DNA of 64,000 nucleotides from Podarcis gaigeae. Its lineage: Eukaryota. Numbering within the stretch: position 1 is the first letter of the stretch; each line of letters opens with the position of its first letter. The notes beneath the pieces were generated by a model, which was given only the letters and a program-made list of their open reading frames with translations, did not search any database and had not been told where the DNA came from. Positions 48,575 to 60,423 of the stretch are shown here, in pieces. The translations under genes and the position numbers were made by a program. The stretch lies in assembly GCA_964106915.2 (NCBI GenBank), contig OZ066918.1. One strand, written 5' to 3'.

Positions 48575-49770
48575 CTGGTTGTATTTACAATTTACCAGAG
48601 AGTATGAAGATGATAATGAGATGAACAAAAGAAAAATTAATGCATGCAACTTCCAGGGAACAAGTGAAAATAATAAAACAGAATATGATGGATGAAACAG
48701 AATTTTCAAGTATGCTAGGAATTGTACCACGATTTTTAAGAGGTTTTCCTCTAATGTGTTGGATCCAAAATTTCCACCCACTACTTTTGTCATAATAAAG
48801 GAATATTGGTATCCAACCCATTGGCTGCAATTCTGAACACAATTACCTGAAAGTAAGCCCCACTGAACACAGTTGAATTTTCTTATTAGTCGACAGACAA
48901 GGGATTGCACTGATTCAGTTAAAATCAGGATAACATATAGTTGGATTTTAGATAAATGTAGTAAAAATATATTCAGGAAATGTGGAGTGCAATCCAAAGC
49001 ATGTTTACTCAAAGTGTGACTGAGTTCAATGTGACTCCCTAGTAAGTGTGATTAGCATGAACAGAGGCTTTCTAAAATGCTGCTGGTTTCTATGAGGGAT
49101 TTATGATGGTATGGCCTAGGACCTCTGACTTTCCTAGCTAGCCCAGTTTCACACAAATGCATATTTATTATTTCCTTCCCCTCTGTTAATTAAGAGACCT
49201 CATTATCAAAGGGTAGATAAATCCAGTGTACTGATTGCACTAGTGTGCTGCTGCCACTGTTGTCAGCGACTTTTGCTCTCTAAAATTTACATCTGGAGTA
49301 GAAGGCTCATCTTATCCCTAAATTGGCCTCCTTTAATGTGTATTACAGCTTAGAACAAAACCAATCCATCTCAGGAACTGACAGCCCCTAGCCTGAAGGG
49401 GCTCCTTTGCTTTTGATCACCATGCACCTGGGATATCTCTGGAACCTGTGATTTCTACCACTGCAAGGATGCAGTTATAAGAAAAGCTGGGCTTGTTAAA
49501 TCTCCCTCCAGCAAGGAGCTATATTACAGGCACAGAAACTTCTTATGGATGCAGAGATCAGTCTGTACTGATTCTCCACAAAAATGACAGCAGTTTCCAA
49601 TGGTGCACAAATTACGGTGATCTAGAAAAAGGAAATCAACACTCTATATGAATGGTTATTATTTGAGAGGTGGGCATTCTGCACAGTTCATTTTGTGGCA
49701 GAGAAGAAAGCTCATCCTAGCCCCACAGTTTGCTTGTGGCTGCCTCTTCTGGCTGACTCACTGTAAGTTA

Positions 49771-50133
49771 AAGGTAAAGGTAAAGGTACCCCTGCCCGTA
49801 CGGGCCAGTCTTGCCAGACTCTGGGGTTGTGCGCCCATCTCACTCAAGAGGCCAGGGGCCAGCGCTGTCTGAAGACACTTCCGGGTCACGTGGCCAGCGT
49901 GACATCGCTGCTCTGGTGAGCCAGAGCTGCACACGGAAACGCCGTTTACCTTCCCGCTAGAAAGCAGTCCCTATTTATCTACTTGCACCCGAGGGTGCTT
50001 TCGAACTGCTAGGTTGGCAGGCGCTGGGACCGAGCAACGGGAGCGCACCCTGCCACGGGGATTCGAACCGCCGACCTTTCGATCGGCAAGCCCTAGGCGC
50101 TGAGGCTTTTACCCACAGCGCCACCCGCGTCCC
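49771..50133 (-). mobile_element. full-length Sauria SINE, same subfamily as the 47749 copy
   Basis: Highly similar to 47749-48110; TSD TCACTGTAAGTTA (49758-49770 / 50135-50147). Confidence 0.92.
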
Positions 50134-51013
50134 TTCACTGTAAGTTAGGTTGGCCATAAAAACATTACACAAAAAGCACAGAAGAAATGCACTGGATTTA
50201 GCACTGGTCTCTCATGCTTCGTTACAAACGATCTAAATGGCTTTAGTCAAGGCATCATTCTCTCAGCCTTGGGCGTCCCCATCAGCAGTATTGAGATAAT
50301 GGTACTGGATTAATTTACAAGGCTGTTCTGAGTATTACTAAAATAAAGTATGGGAAGAACTTTGAACACTTGAAATCTGCTAAATGAATACTGATCTAGA
50401 TCATTTCCTGCCTTCGTTCCTTCTCTGGGAGTTTAGAGGAAAACAATTTGAATATACTGAGACCCAGGAAAATGTTGAGTCTATGTGTCACGCACATTAA
50501 CCCTGGAAGCTACATGGAGCATATGTTAGAAAACATGCCAGCATTCAGACATGCTTACTATTGCAGCTGAAAAGAAAGAAAAATGTCAAAGAAAATAATT
50601 GCATCCAGCAAAACAAAAATGCTTTTAAACTAGGTTTTTTTTTTAACAACAGTATATACCTTTAACAACTTACGACATGCACTTTGCTCTTCTTAATATT
50701 TCCCCCCCAAGATTCCACCCCGGTATATATTGCATTTAGAACGTTTCTCCTTGTGCTCAGCTCCACCAACATCAACCTGGGCCCTGGGTCTTTAAAAACA
50801 TTCAACTTTCCCTCCCCCGTCATCTTTTCTCCCCCTTCAAAACATGTATTCAATGAAATCAGGTCATATATTATGTTGGCAGTAACCAAAATAGTATGAT
50901 CTAACATGAGACACAACAGAAAAAGTCACATCACATCACAATGCTGAGTAAAAATAAATAAATGATGAATGGCAAAAGCTGAGAAATGTCACAAGGGTGC
51001 CATGCTTTCTTAC

Positions 51014-51025
51014 CTGACCTTAGGA
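51014..51025 (-). CDS. ANK3: 12-nt microexon (S-PKV-S)
   Basis: aaaaaatag|TCCTAAGGTCAG|gtaaga; frame-preserving phase 2-2; gives ARSASPKVSLRSF, like the SPKIS insert I recall from mammalian ANK3 isoforms. Confidence 0.85.
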
Positions 51026-51232
51026 CTATTTTTTAAGAAATGTACAGGGAGGGGAGGGGGAAACAAGGAGAGATAGAAAGCAAAGAATCAGACAGTGGAA
51101 AAAGCACAATGCCATGGCTGGATGACTTAAGACATTCAATGTGGTTCGTTCTGTTATGTTACACTCAGAAATCTACGCAGGTGTTTGGCTATAGTTAATG
51201 GGTTGTAGTGGCTTTCAAACTGTATTCTAGGG

Positions 51233-51368
51233 CAGTGTTCCCCAACCTTGGGCCTCCAGCTGTTTTTGGACTACAATTCCTATCATCCTTGACCACTGGT
51301 CTTGCTAGCGAGAGATGATGGGAGTTGTAGTCCAAAAACAGCTGGAGGCCCAAGGTTGGGGAACACTG
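51233..51368. mobile_element. palindromic hAT-type MITE (136 bp)
   Basis: Near-perfect ~55-bp inverted arms CAGTGTTCCCCAACCTTGGG...; perfect 8-bp TSD TTCTAGGG. Confidence 0.9.
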
Positions 51369-53496
51369 TTCTAGGGGATCCCAGGTCCCCTCCAGTTCTT
51401 TTCCTTATTAAGATCAGCAATGGCTGAGACGCTTTGGTGGAACACGTTCCCCTCCCCAACCCTCCTCCTTATACTATTGGGAGATGCTGTAGGTCAGCAT
51501 TAGAGCACAAGCTTTGCATGCAAGAAGTCACAAGGTTGAAACTTCGGCATCTTAAGTTAAAAGGCAACAGCTGGCAATAAGAAAGCCCTCTTCATGAGAT
51601 GCTAGCAAGCCACTGCCTGCCAGTGCAGAAAGAAGGGCTAGGTGGACAAATTGCACGTCCTGGAATGTTCCTTTGCAGTGCACAGTGGCAACAGGGGTGG
51701 TTGGTTGGTTTGCTTGTTTTTATTCCAGGGTAGACACTTCTTCATGTGGGGTGTCAGGTATGCAAGAAAGTGTGCATTCTAGAACACGATCTGGGGTCAT
51801 CTGCGATGTACAGAGGTTCTGTGGCAGATTAAGTCGATGTGGAAAGTTCCCTAAAAAGTAGTGAATTTCAATGCCATTTTTTGATACGGAATGTTTTGTT
51901 TTTTTTTAAAAAAAATCCAATCCTTAACACACTTAAGCACATCTAACCTAGTAAAGTCAATCTGAGGTCTGCAGTGCATAGATGCGTTTGAATATCAGTT
52001 CGCTTCATCTGAGTGTAACACACATGTAATATATTGCCACACATGTAATATATTGCAGATGTAAACATGAGCTACATAGTGAGAAATAATGGTACTGTTA
52101 AATCAGAAGTATGCGACTTTTTAAGGTTTTATCGAGGAGTCAAAGATGAGCAAAGTACACTCAGGATTTCCGATCTCTAGGAAACAGTTACTATGATGTG
52201 CTAACATCCCATTAATATCTGATGGATATGTGGGTCTGCGGAGCTGTCACTGATTCACTAGGTACTACTTAGTAGATTACTACTAAGAGTCTATTTGTTA
52301 AAACCACAGAATACAGTTCACAGAATAAGTACACACGTAAGTAGCTTAATCAACTGAATTCTCTGTTATTTGGGCAACTAAACACAGATGACTAAAATTC
52401 AACATAGTACTGTTTAACAGCTATTCTTCACATATAATTCAAAAAGAAGTTGATTAAATGACCAAAGAGGTTTTACAGGCAAAGCAAGAGAATACAGTGC
52501 AAAATTAGGGTGCATTCTTCTGTACTCAATGCAGTCACAACAATCAAGACTGAAAGATGCAAACATCCAAGTTTTACCTTGTGGGAGGTGCCACTCCCTG
52601 TTAGACAATGGAAGAACTTTTTACAACAGATCATTAAGCTATAGGAAAAAGTCCTCAGGGCTCAGGCTTGTGAGGTTTAATTATTAGCTTCAAAATAATT
52701 CAACTGTCAGTAAACAGGCTGCTAATCCACAACCATGAAAATAATCTCTTGAGTTGCTTGTGGTGCCTTGTTTGTTTTAGACGCTAGGCAAGGCCAGATA
52801 TCTGAACCAGAAATTCCCAATAATATGAATGACTGAATGTCTCGAAGTGCAAAGATAGCAATCACTCATGTAAAAAACTGTGACCTATTTTAGTCCCTTG
52901 CAAGAAAACTGCTGGTTCCTTTGGTAACAAAGCACTGCAAAGGATTTAAGACAGCAATTAGCAATGCAAACAATTGCAAACAGATTTAAACTTTTTTATT
53001 ATTATTCTCCATCTGCACCTTTTGGGAAAGTGAAGTAATTGGATTAGCCCAACAACCATCTTTCATTTTTTTCCTGGCATGAATCTATGTCATTTTCATT
53101 CTTGAAAGAAAATTAGTGTCAGTAAGTATTATAATCAAATTATTGAACAAAAGCCTCCCCCCCCCTTCTTGGCTACATGTTCGTTGTGGACTAAATGGTC
53201 TGGTTCATAGATAGAGGCTTCCAGCTGTTTCCAAAGGAACACTTCTGACATATCTAGAGCATGAGCAGATACCAGAAGAAGAAGAAAACATGAAGAATTA
53301 ATCTGCTTTCAACTATTGCCATAACAAAGCCATCACAGAGGGCAGAGAGAAGCATGAAACCAAATAACAGATGCATGTTTGAATGACAGAGTAATCAGGC
53401 AGCCAAATTATGGAACTCTGCCTCATTTCTCCAGTGATAAAATGCACTGCATGGGTGTATATATTATATTGAATATGTGAAGAACATGCTGAATAC

Positions 53497-53620
53497 CTGG
53501 CAGATCGGGCTCCTAGGCTGAAGCCCATGTATCCTTCTGCAGGCAGAGAATCATCTCCCAGTTCTTTTAGATCCTGCGGCCCAAGATACTTGTCCGTGTC
53601 TCCTGTCATTGCATCTTCAC
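53497..53620 (-). CDS. ANK3: ANK3 exon, linker (GEDAMTGDTDKYLGPQDLKELGDDSLPAEGYMGFSLGARSA), 124 nt
   Basis: tgctggcag|GTGAAG ... GCCAG|gtattc; phase 1 to 2. Confidence 0.96.
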
Positions 53621-54158
53621 CTGCCAGCACAAAAGCAGGCTGAAATCAGAAGCTACACACAGCCAAAGGAAATGCTTGCTGTCCTTCAGTATGGCTGCTA
53701 GAAAGTGAACTCAGTGCATCCCCTGTATTATAAATGCCAACTATATGTTATCTGCACAACTTTTTTTTAAAAAAAGGAGAGAAAGAAAAACCCTTTAAGG
53801 TGTTAATATATATATAAGCACAAAGAATGACGTTTATCCCTGTAAATCCAGTAGTTTAGCAGGTTATATCAGGTGTGATGCTAGTCCAATCACTCTAACA
53901 GCCTCAGACAGAAGTAACCTGAATGGAAGACATTCCTTAGCATGTTAACACCCTGTGCTCAAAAAAACGGATTTCGTGGGAGGACTAAGGTGACAACCCC
54001 ACCCCTCTGAAATGGCCCGCTGGCTCATCCCATTGCTAAAGATTCCACTCCCTCTATATTACTCTTTCACCTTTCTAAGTTGGCATTTGAGGCAAAACAA
54101 GCAAGAAGTCCCTCAAAGGGCTGGATTCAGCCTAATGACATCCAGTTGCTGATCCCTA

Positions 54159-54449
54159 CCGTATTTTGCGCCCTATAGGATGCACTTTTTCCCCTCCAAA
54201 AATGAAGGGGAAATGTGTGTGCGTCCTATGGGGCAAATGCAGGCTTTGCGGAGAGTTGCCTGCATGCTGAAGCCCACGCGCGCTGAGCTCAGCACGTCCA
54301 GGCTTCGCGGACCTCTCCGCAAGCAGCGGGGGGCTGGGGTTGGGGGAAGCTTGGGCCTGGGGGAAAAATAATTCCCCCCCTTTATTTTCCCCCCCCAAAA
54401 ACTAGGTGCACCTTATGGGACGGCGTGTCCTATAGGGCGAAAAATACGG
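54159..54449. mobile_element. Tc1/pogo-type MITE (second TIR family)
   Basis: TA|CCGTATTTTGCGCCCTATAGGA ... TCCTATAGGGCGAAAAATACGG|TA. Confidence 0.85.
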
Positions 54450-57400
54450 TAATCTAAAGCCTTTTTGAACGAAACTTCTCATATATCCTTACCCACCTAC
54501 AAAAGCTGCACATTTCACCCTTTTGATTCAAAAACATTCATTTGCTACTCACATTGATACTTTTATTAGCTTTATAGCTGAATTATGTGGGGGTAGGGTG
54601 GGGTGGGGTGGTCTTCAATACTGTAACGATAAGGGTGGGGCAGATTCTGGCCCAGGTCTGTTGCTACAACTTGACTATTCTGACAATTGGCCATTTATCT
54701 GTTGTCAGCAGCTTGCAAAGCCCTGACTAAGACAGAAATATTGCCCGCCCAATAAACACACAATCTGTATTAGACAGGTGGGAATGTAATGGGAAAGAAG
54801 CCTAAAGACTAAAACTGTGGCTATTCAAATGCTCCCAGTTTGCGGTTCCAGTTCCTGAATGTGACCCATCAACTAAATTTCAGGGAATTCCAGTTTAATT
54901 TCATTCAGTATTCTTTTTTTAAAAGGGGTAAATGTCTCTTAACACATGCCTGCTGTGCTCCCATTAGCACTATATCATGGGGGTTGTGGTCTCTAGACTG
55001 TATAAAGACCACAGCACAGTGCAGCCCATCTTTAACCATGGCTAAGGAAGCAAAGTGTGAGACCACCTGCTTGTTCCTCCTGCCATCCCCGCCCCCTGCT
55101 CAAACCCCCCTTCTCCTCCCAAGCTTTAAAGCATATCAGCATTGTATTTAAGCATAACTAAGGTTAACCAGAGTTCTCCATTAACCAGGGTTCTGAAACC
55201 AGATTCAGATCCTGGTTGTGCTCAGTACCAACATAACTCTTAACCATGGCTAAGGCCTGTGCGTGGAGGGAGAGTTCATGCGCCTTCTCACCAGCCCACT
55301 CCTATGTGTAACCATGTTTAAGAGATTAATGGCACTGCACCCTAGTCTTACTTGGCGTATGAAAGTCCTTCTTGCAAAAACAACATGGATGATTTAAAAA
55401 CATTGGGAGAATCGGCACATGTTTCAGAACGGCCAACAGAATTTTCAGTTCAGGATTAGGAAATATAATATTCAACTTGAATTTAACCTGTGGAGGTACA
55501 GGTAAGTCAAGTCTTAAGGGGTTTAAGAAAGACTTCATATTTTAAAATAGTGGGGGAGAGGGATCCATGTATAAATGAAAATATAACAAGCGACAAAAGC
55601 ATCACATGACTACAAACACATGTCTTATTAAGGATGAATTAAGAGAACACCTTTCTCAGTAAGATAAATTTCAAATGGTCTCCATGCCACAGAATTTCTG
55701 GGAAGGAAATGATCTTGCAACATGCAGAGCCAAAGTCACTTTCCTTCCAGCTGTGGAGGTCCAATTTTGCAATCACTGCTTTGCTGTGCTAACCAGAGAA
55801 TGTGGCTGAGAAACCTGTGGCCCTCTAGATGTTGCTGAAACCCATCAATCCTAGCCAGCATAGCCAGTGGTCAGGGACGATGGGACCTGTAGCCCAACAG
55901 CAGCTGGAGGGTCATAGTGCCTACAATGAGATAAGGAATACATGGGCATTTCCTGCTTCCAAGAAAAGTGGTGGGGGTGCTGTCTATGTGGTGCTGTTAC
56001 ACTCTGTTCTCCGTGCATTCAAACTACATCAGAAGGAATTCTACTCACACACCAATGTATACAAGGTTCCTCCTCACATGAAGGAGCAGTGCATGGTGTT
56101 TCAGAAGAAAAATATAATTCTTTGTAGTGAAATCTGAACATGCAGACTTTAGGCGATGGAGCAGTGATGTGCACCAGCAGGATTTGCCCAGTCAGACCCA
56201 CAGCTCCCTCCACAACTTCCTTCAACAGATGCAGGGGATGTGTGTATGAACTCTACTAGTTCCCTCTTCCAGTGCAATGCCCCCAGTCTATTAAACCTTC
56301 ATGTAAAGAAGCCAGTGGCATACAGAGAGCAGAGTGTGACATTTCTGAGTGTTTGCCAAAGAGATGGCTTGCGATGGATTGGGAGGCTTAGGAGGCAATA
56401 TAAGCTTAGATGTGGGCCTGAGTGTGTTTTTAAAAGTTTGAGGGGAAAACCTAATAGACAGTGTCTGAAAAATATGAAACATTATATGTTAATATTCCAC
56501 AGTTCTTCCTTGTAAACGGAGTCCTCTAGGTTTAGATGTAACCATTGCATATCCCACATGTGTTTTATCATGGGTATAGGGGCATAGTAATCCCTTCAAT
56601 AGTTTAACTCAAAAAATGAAAATATAAAACCTGTATAATACTTGAATCAATAATAAAACACGTGCTGCGTCAAAACAAGCTTAGATAAGAGCTACTTTGA
56701 CAACTCTGTACTCGTATAAGTAAAGCATCAGTAGTATTTAACAGCAACTCCCCTTGTTGTTTTGATAAAACTCCTTTTATCACAATACTGCAGGTAACAA
56801 AAGCTGGCCCTTGAATTCAAAAGTAAAGCAGTGCAGCAATGGGAGGGTTAAGGAACAGCAACACACTCCCACCAACTTCACCTTCACCCCATTATGTCAC
56901 TGTCAGACCTACATTCCAATAGTGGGAAATATATTATAAAACTGCCCCTTGAGGTTTTCGGGTTCCCTTTCCAACTCCCTTTTCCATTTACAGTACAACA
57001 GCTCAATTCTAAATGCAAAAAAATTATCCCTTGTCCTCCCTTTGGATAAATATTTGTATTTCCTAAAAGTTGCACAACTGAAAATAAGCATTTCACAGAG
57101 CATTCCTGAAGCAGTATCTGCACCCCCCAAACGATTAGGCAGAGTTTAGGTTAACTATTCCCTTGGCCTGGGGGGGGGGGGTAATGTTAAAAAGCAAACC
57201 ACAAACGAGGCCCCACTTTAAAGCCACAAATCAGTTCTAAAAATACTCTCCCTTCAAGCTCTCCGCTGCCTTGCAATTGACCAAATAACAGATCGACTTT
57301 CTCCCTGCAACCTGGCAACAGAGCAATTATTTTAAGAAACAGTTTTGTAAAATCTTAGAAGTCTTGCCAAGATATTTTCACAAGAGTACACAAAATCGGG

Positions 57401-57456
57401 GTGGGGGTGTGGGGGGAATGAACACCGCAGTAAATACTAAGGTAGAAAAGTCTTAC

Positions 57457-57472
57457 TGTTTTGGAAAGCCAT
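57457..57472 (-). CDS. ANK3: coding part of an internal alternative first exon (MAFQN+S), start of short ankyrin-G isoforms lacking ANK repeats
   Basis: gggtgaaaATG GCT TTC CAA AAC A|gtaaga. The phase-1 donor joins exon 53620 to give MAFQNSEDAMTGD, paralleling the mammalian small-isoform N-terminus MALPQS/MALPHS-EDA. Confidence 0.8.
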
Positions 57473-58620
57473 TTTCACCCGCCTGGTCTATAAAACTTTT
57501 TTTTCCTGCCTGCCTCTTGATGTTTCCAAGAATTCCTATTAGTCCTATTAGTCCTTAAGCAGCGATTTATAGTTAATCTCCAAACCAGTATAAGAGCCTA
57601 ATCTCTGTGGGTCATATTCACTTTCCACACACCAGCTGGGCTCTTCTTAACATCTTGATCTCTTCCAGCGCCTGCATTTTACGAAATGTGCGCCTTTGTC
57701 CTCTCGAACCTCGCAAAAAAAACCCCCACAAAAAAACAAAAACCACCCGAATCTTCTTCCAAATGTGCAACGAAAGTTTAAAGACGCAGGAATTGACAGC
57801 TGCTGTTGGAGGTAAAGATCTCCTTAAAAAGAAACATACACCACGCAATCTACGGTGTCTTCTGATAGGATTGAAAACTCCTCTGGCAAGCCTAGTCTAA
57901 CAAGATGACTGAATGGTGACATACAGACAAGCGCTTGAGTTATTTGTATGTAAATAAGCGCGCAGCTTGGGTGTCAGGTTCTCCCCCCTCCCCTGTAATT
58001 TGATACTAACCGGTCTTGGTTAAACATGCAGGCACTGGGGCAGCCAGAAATCAGGCAACAGCACATTATGTGGAAGGGAAGGAGGAGGACGGTGCTTTGC
58101 TAAAACTGTGTTAGTAAATAACTTTGCTGTTAGACAGGGGCGAGAGAGGAAAGCAGCTTAAGGAAGAGGAGGTGGAGGCGGATCTGAGCTTTAGGCTCGG
58201 AGGAAACGAACCCAGCAGCATTTCTTTCCGGCTGTCTTCAGGTAGGGAGAAAGGAAAAGGGTTGCTTTTGTCTCCTGAAACCAGGAGTCCGCCGGTGACT
58301 CTCCACCTTCAGCAACAAAGACGACTATGTGTTTACACCCCGATTGCCAAGGGAGGTTGTAAGAGAGGCAACACACCCCACCCACCCCCAACTCTGCGCG
58401 CGCACAAGAGTTGCGTTTCTGGCCAGACAGGAGGCCGGTTACTAGGGCTGGTCCTCGTCAATCATTAACACCGGCACCTTTCCCATTTCACGCAGCAATA
58501 AAAAGGGAGAGAACACCAGTCTGTCAGCGGGACGGGAGCCTCCGGAAGGTGTGCCGTGGTGGCATGGCAGGTTCAGCCAAGGAATTGCATAGTGCACCTC
58601 GCTAACAAATGCAATACTTA
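57473..58620 (-). promoter_or_regulatory. probable 5' UTR / internal promoter of short ANK3 isoforms
   Basis: Lies upstream of the MAFQNS exon; visibly CpG-richer than flanking intron with no recognisable repeat; GTTAATGATTGAC (58457-58469), TGTTTAC (58330-58336), AACCGGTC (58008-58015). Confidence 0.6.
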
Positions 58621-58846
58621 AATTCTTTCCCCATGAAGTGTTACACGAAACATCTGGGACATCTGGAATCTAGATGGGATGCTGAATGAAGTTCATTTGA
58701 AAATGCTATTGATTTTGGGCAACTCAGTAGTGGCATCCTTGCTACTGGGTTTAAGACACAGGCTTTGTATGTGCTAGTGCTTTTTGAAATCTTGGGATTT
58801 AATTATTTTTTTAAAAAATATCGATTACTAGCCCACTTCATTCTAC

Positions 58847-59156
58847 AAGGTAAAGGTAAAGGGACCCCTGACCATTAGGTCCAGTTGCAGGCGACTCTGG
58901 GGTTGCGGTGCTCATCTCGCTTTATTGGCCGAGGGAGCCGGCATACAGCTTCCGAGTCATGTGGTCAGCATGACTAAGCCGCTTCTGGCGAACCGGAGTG
59001 GTACCTATTTATCTACTTGCACTTTGACGTGCTTTCGAACTGCTAGGTTAACAGGAGCAGGGACCGAGCAACGGGAGCTCACCCCGTCGCGGGGATTCGA
59101 ACCACCGACATTCTGATCGGCAAGTCCTAGGCTCTGTGGTTTATCCCACAGTGCCA
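58847..59156 (-). mobile_element. Sauria SINE, second subfamily, internal deletion
   Basis: AAGGTAAAGGTAAAGGGACCCCTGACCATTAGG end, GGGGATTCGAACC B-box. Confidence 0.88.
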
Positions 59157-60279
59157 ATTGCAATTTACACACACACACAGACACTACTTCATCTCAAATG
59201 TATAGAAGTATGTAAATTAAAGTTTGACCAATCAGAATTGCTTTTAAACACTTGTGGGGGCAGTGACAAGGGAGGGAGAGGGAGGGAGGGAGGGAGAGAG
59301 ATGCAAGCTGAAAGTGTAAAGTCTCTTGAGGAAGAGAACTCCATAGTTCTATTTTAGTATACAGGTACAGCTCATCTTATGCTGATTTTACATGTTATCT
59401 CAGCTTTATGTGGATCGCAGTAAAGTTTTTAAAAAAATTAATAGAGGAGGGAGAGCAGGCGAAAAAGCCCAGGAAGGGCCACATGAGATCTTACACAACC
59501 TTTCCAGAGTCCGGAAAGCAAGGTGAGGAGGTGTTTAAAAAGCTCTTTCCCAAGCAGAAAAACACTGTGAGGAAAGAGCTTTTTAAGCATCCCCCCACCC
59601 ACCTTGCTTCCCAGACTCTGAGAAGGTCATGGGAGTCTTGCAGAGGCCTCCTGTGAACTTTCCAGAGCCTGGTAAGCTAAGTGGGGGGCTTAAAAAGCTC
59701 TCTGCCTTTTGTGAGGGGCAACACCTGCACAGCACCAGTTTCACTGAGGTAAGGATAGTCACGCAGAGCTGTCCTGGGGGTCGTTCTGGCTTAACGCAAT
59801 TTTGCTTATACGTGCAACAGCAAGGAACATAACACCCACCCACCCTGTGCAAGACGAGATCTATCTGTATCATAAACAATACACTGTGCTAATAAAAATG
59901 GACAAATTCAGTGATAACTGAAGAGATCTGCAAGATTTGAACCTGGATTGCAATACATCTTATTGGCTCTTCAAACCTCATGAAGCTCAGCCAATGAGCT
60001 CAAGAGAGATGTGCTGGAACTAGCTGCTATCTCTTAGCTGACCTACTTCACTGGATTGTTGTGAGGAGGGGGAAAGGGAGGGGGTCTTGCTTGCCCTAAA
60101 TGGCCTCAGCCTTGTATACCTGGAGTGCCTCCAACCCCCTTGTTCAGCCGGGAAGAAATGAGCACAGAAATGAGGTTAAAGAATCTGTAGAAAGCAAAGT
60201 CAATATTAGCAATTACATTGGGCTGTTTTCAAAGTATGGGAGCTCAGTCCTCCCTGAACACATCTCCCCATGGGCTCAC

Positions 60280-60423
60280 CATGGGCATAGCCAGGATTTT
60301 GGGTTGGGGGAGCAGGCCTTTTTTTGGGGGAGGCAGAACCTCAGTTTGCTGTGTATTTTTATTGATTTTTATTGAGTTAGGGGGGACAACTGCCCCTCCC
60401 TGCCCCTCTTGGCTGCGCCCATG
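60280..60423. mobile_element. probable hAT-type MITE
   Basis: Imperfect TIR CATGGGCATAGCCAGG / CTTGGCTGCGCCCATG; flanks GGGCTCAC / CAGCTCAC. Confidence 0.6.

Larger units (their letters stand above)
697..57472 (-). other. ANK3: ankyrin-3 (ankyrin-G) gene, internal multi-exon segment (spectrin-binding ZU5-ZU5-UPA, giant exon, death domain, start of C-terminal domain); the gene extends beyond both window edges
   Basis: Spliced minus-strand exons join in phase to give recognisable ankyrin-G sequence: [60 protein letters not shown], and a Ser/Thr-rich giant exon. Confidence 0.98.
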
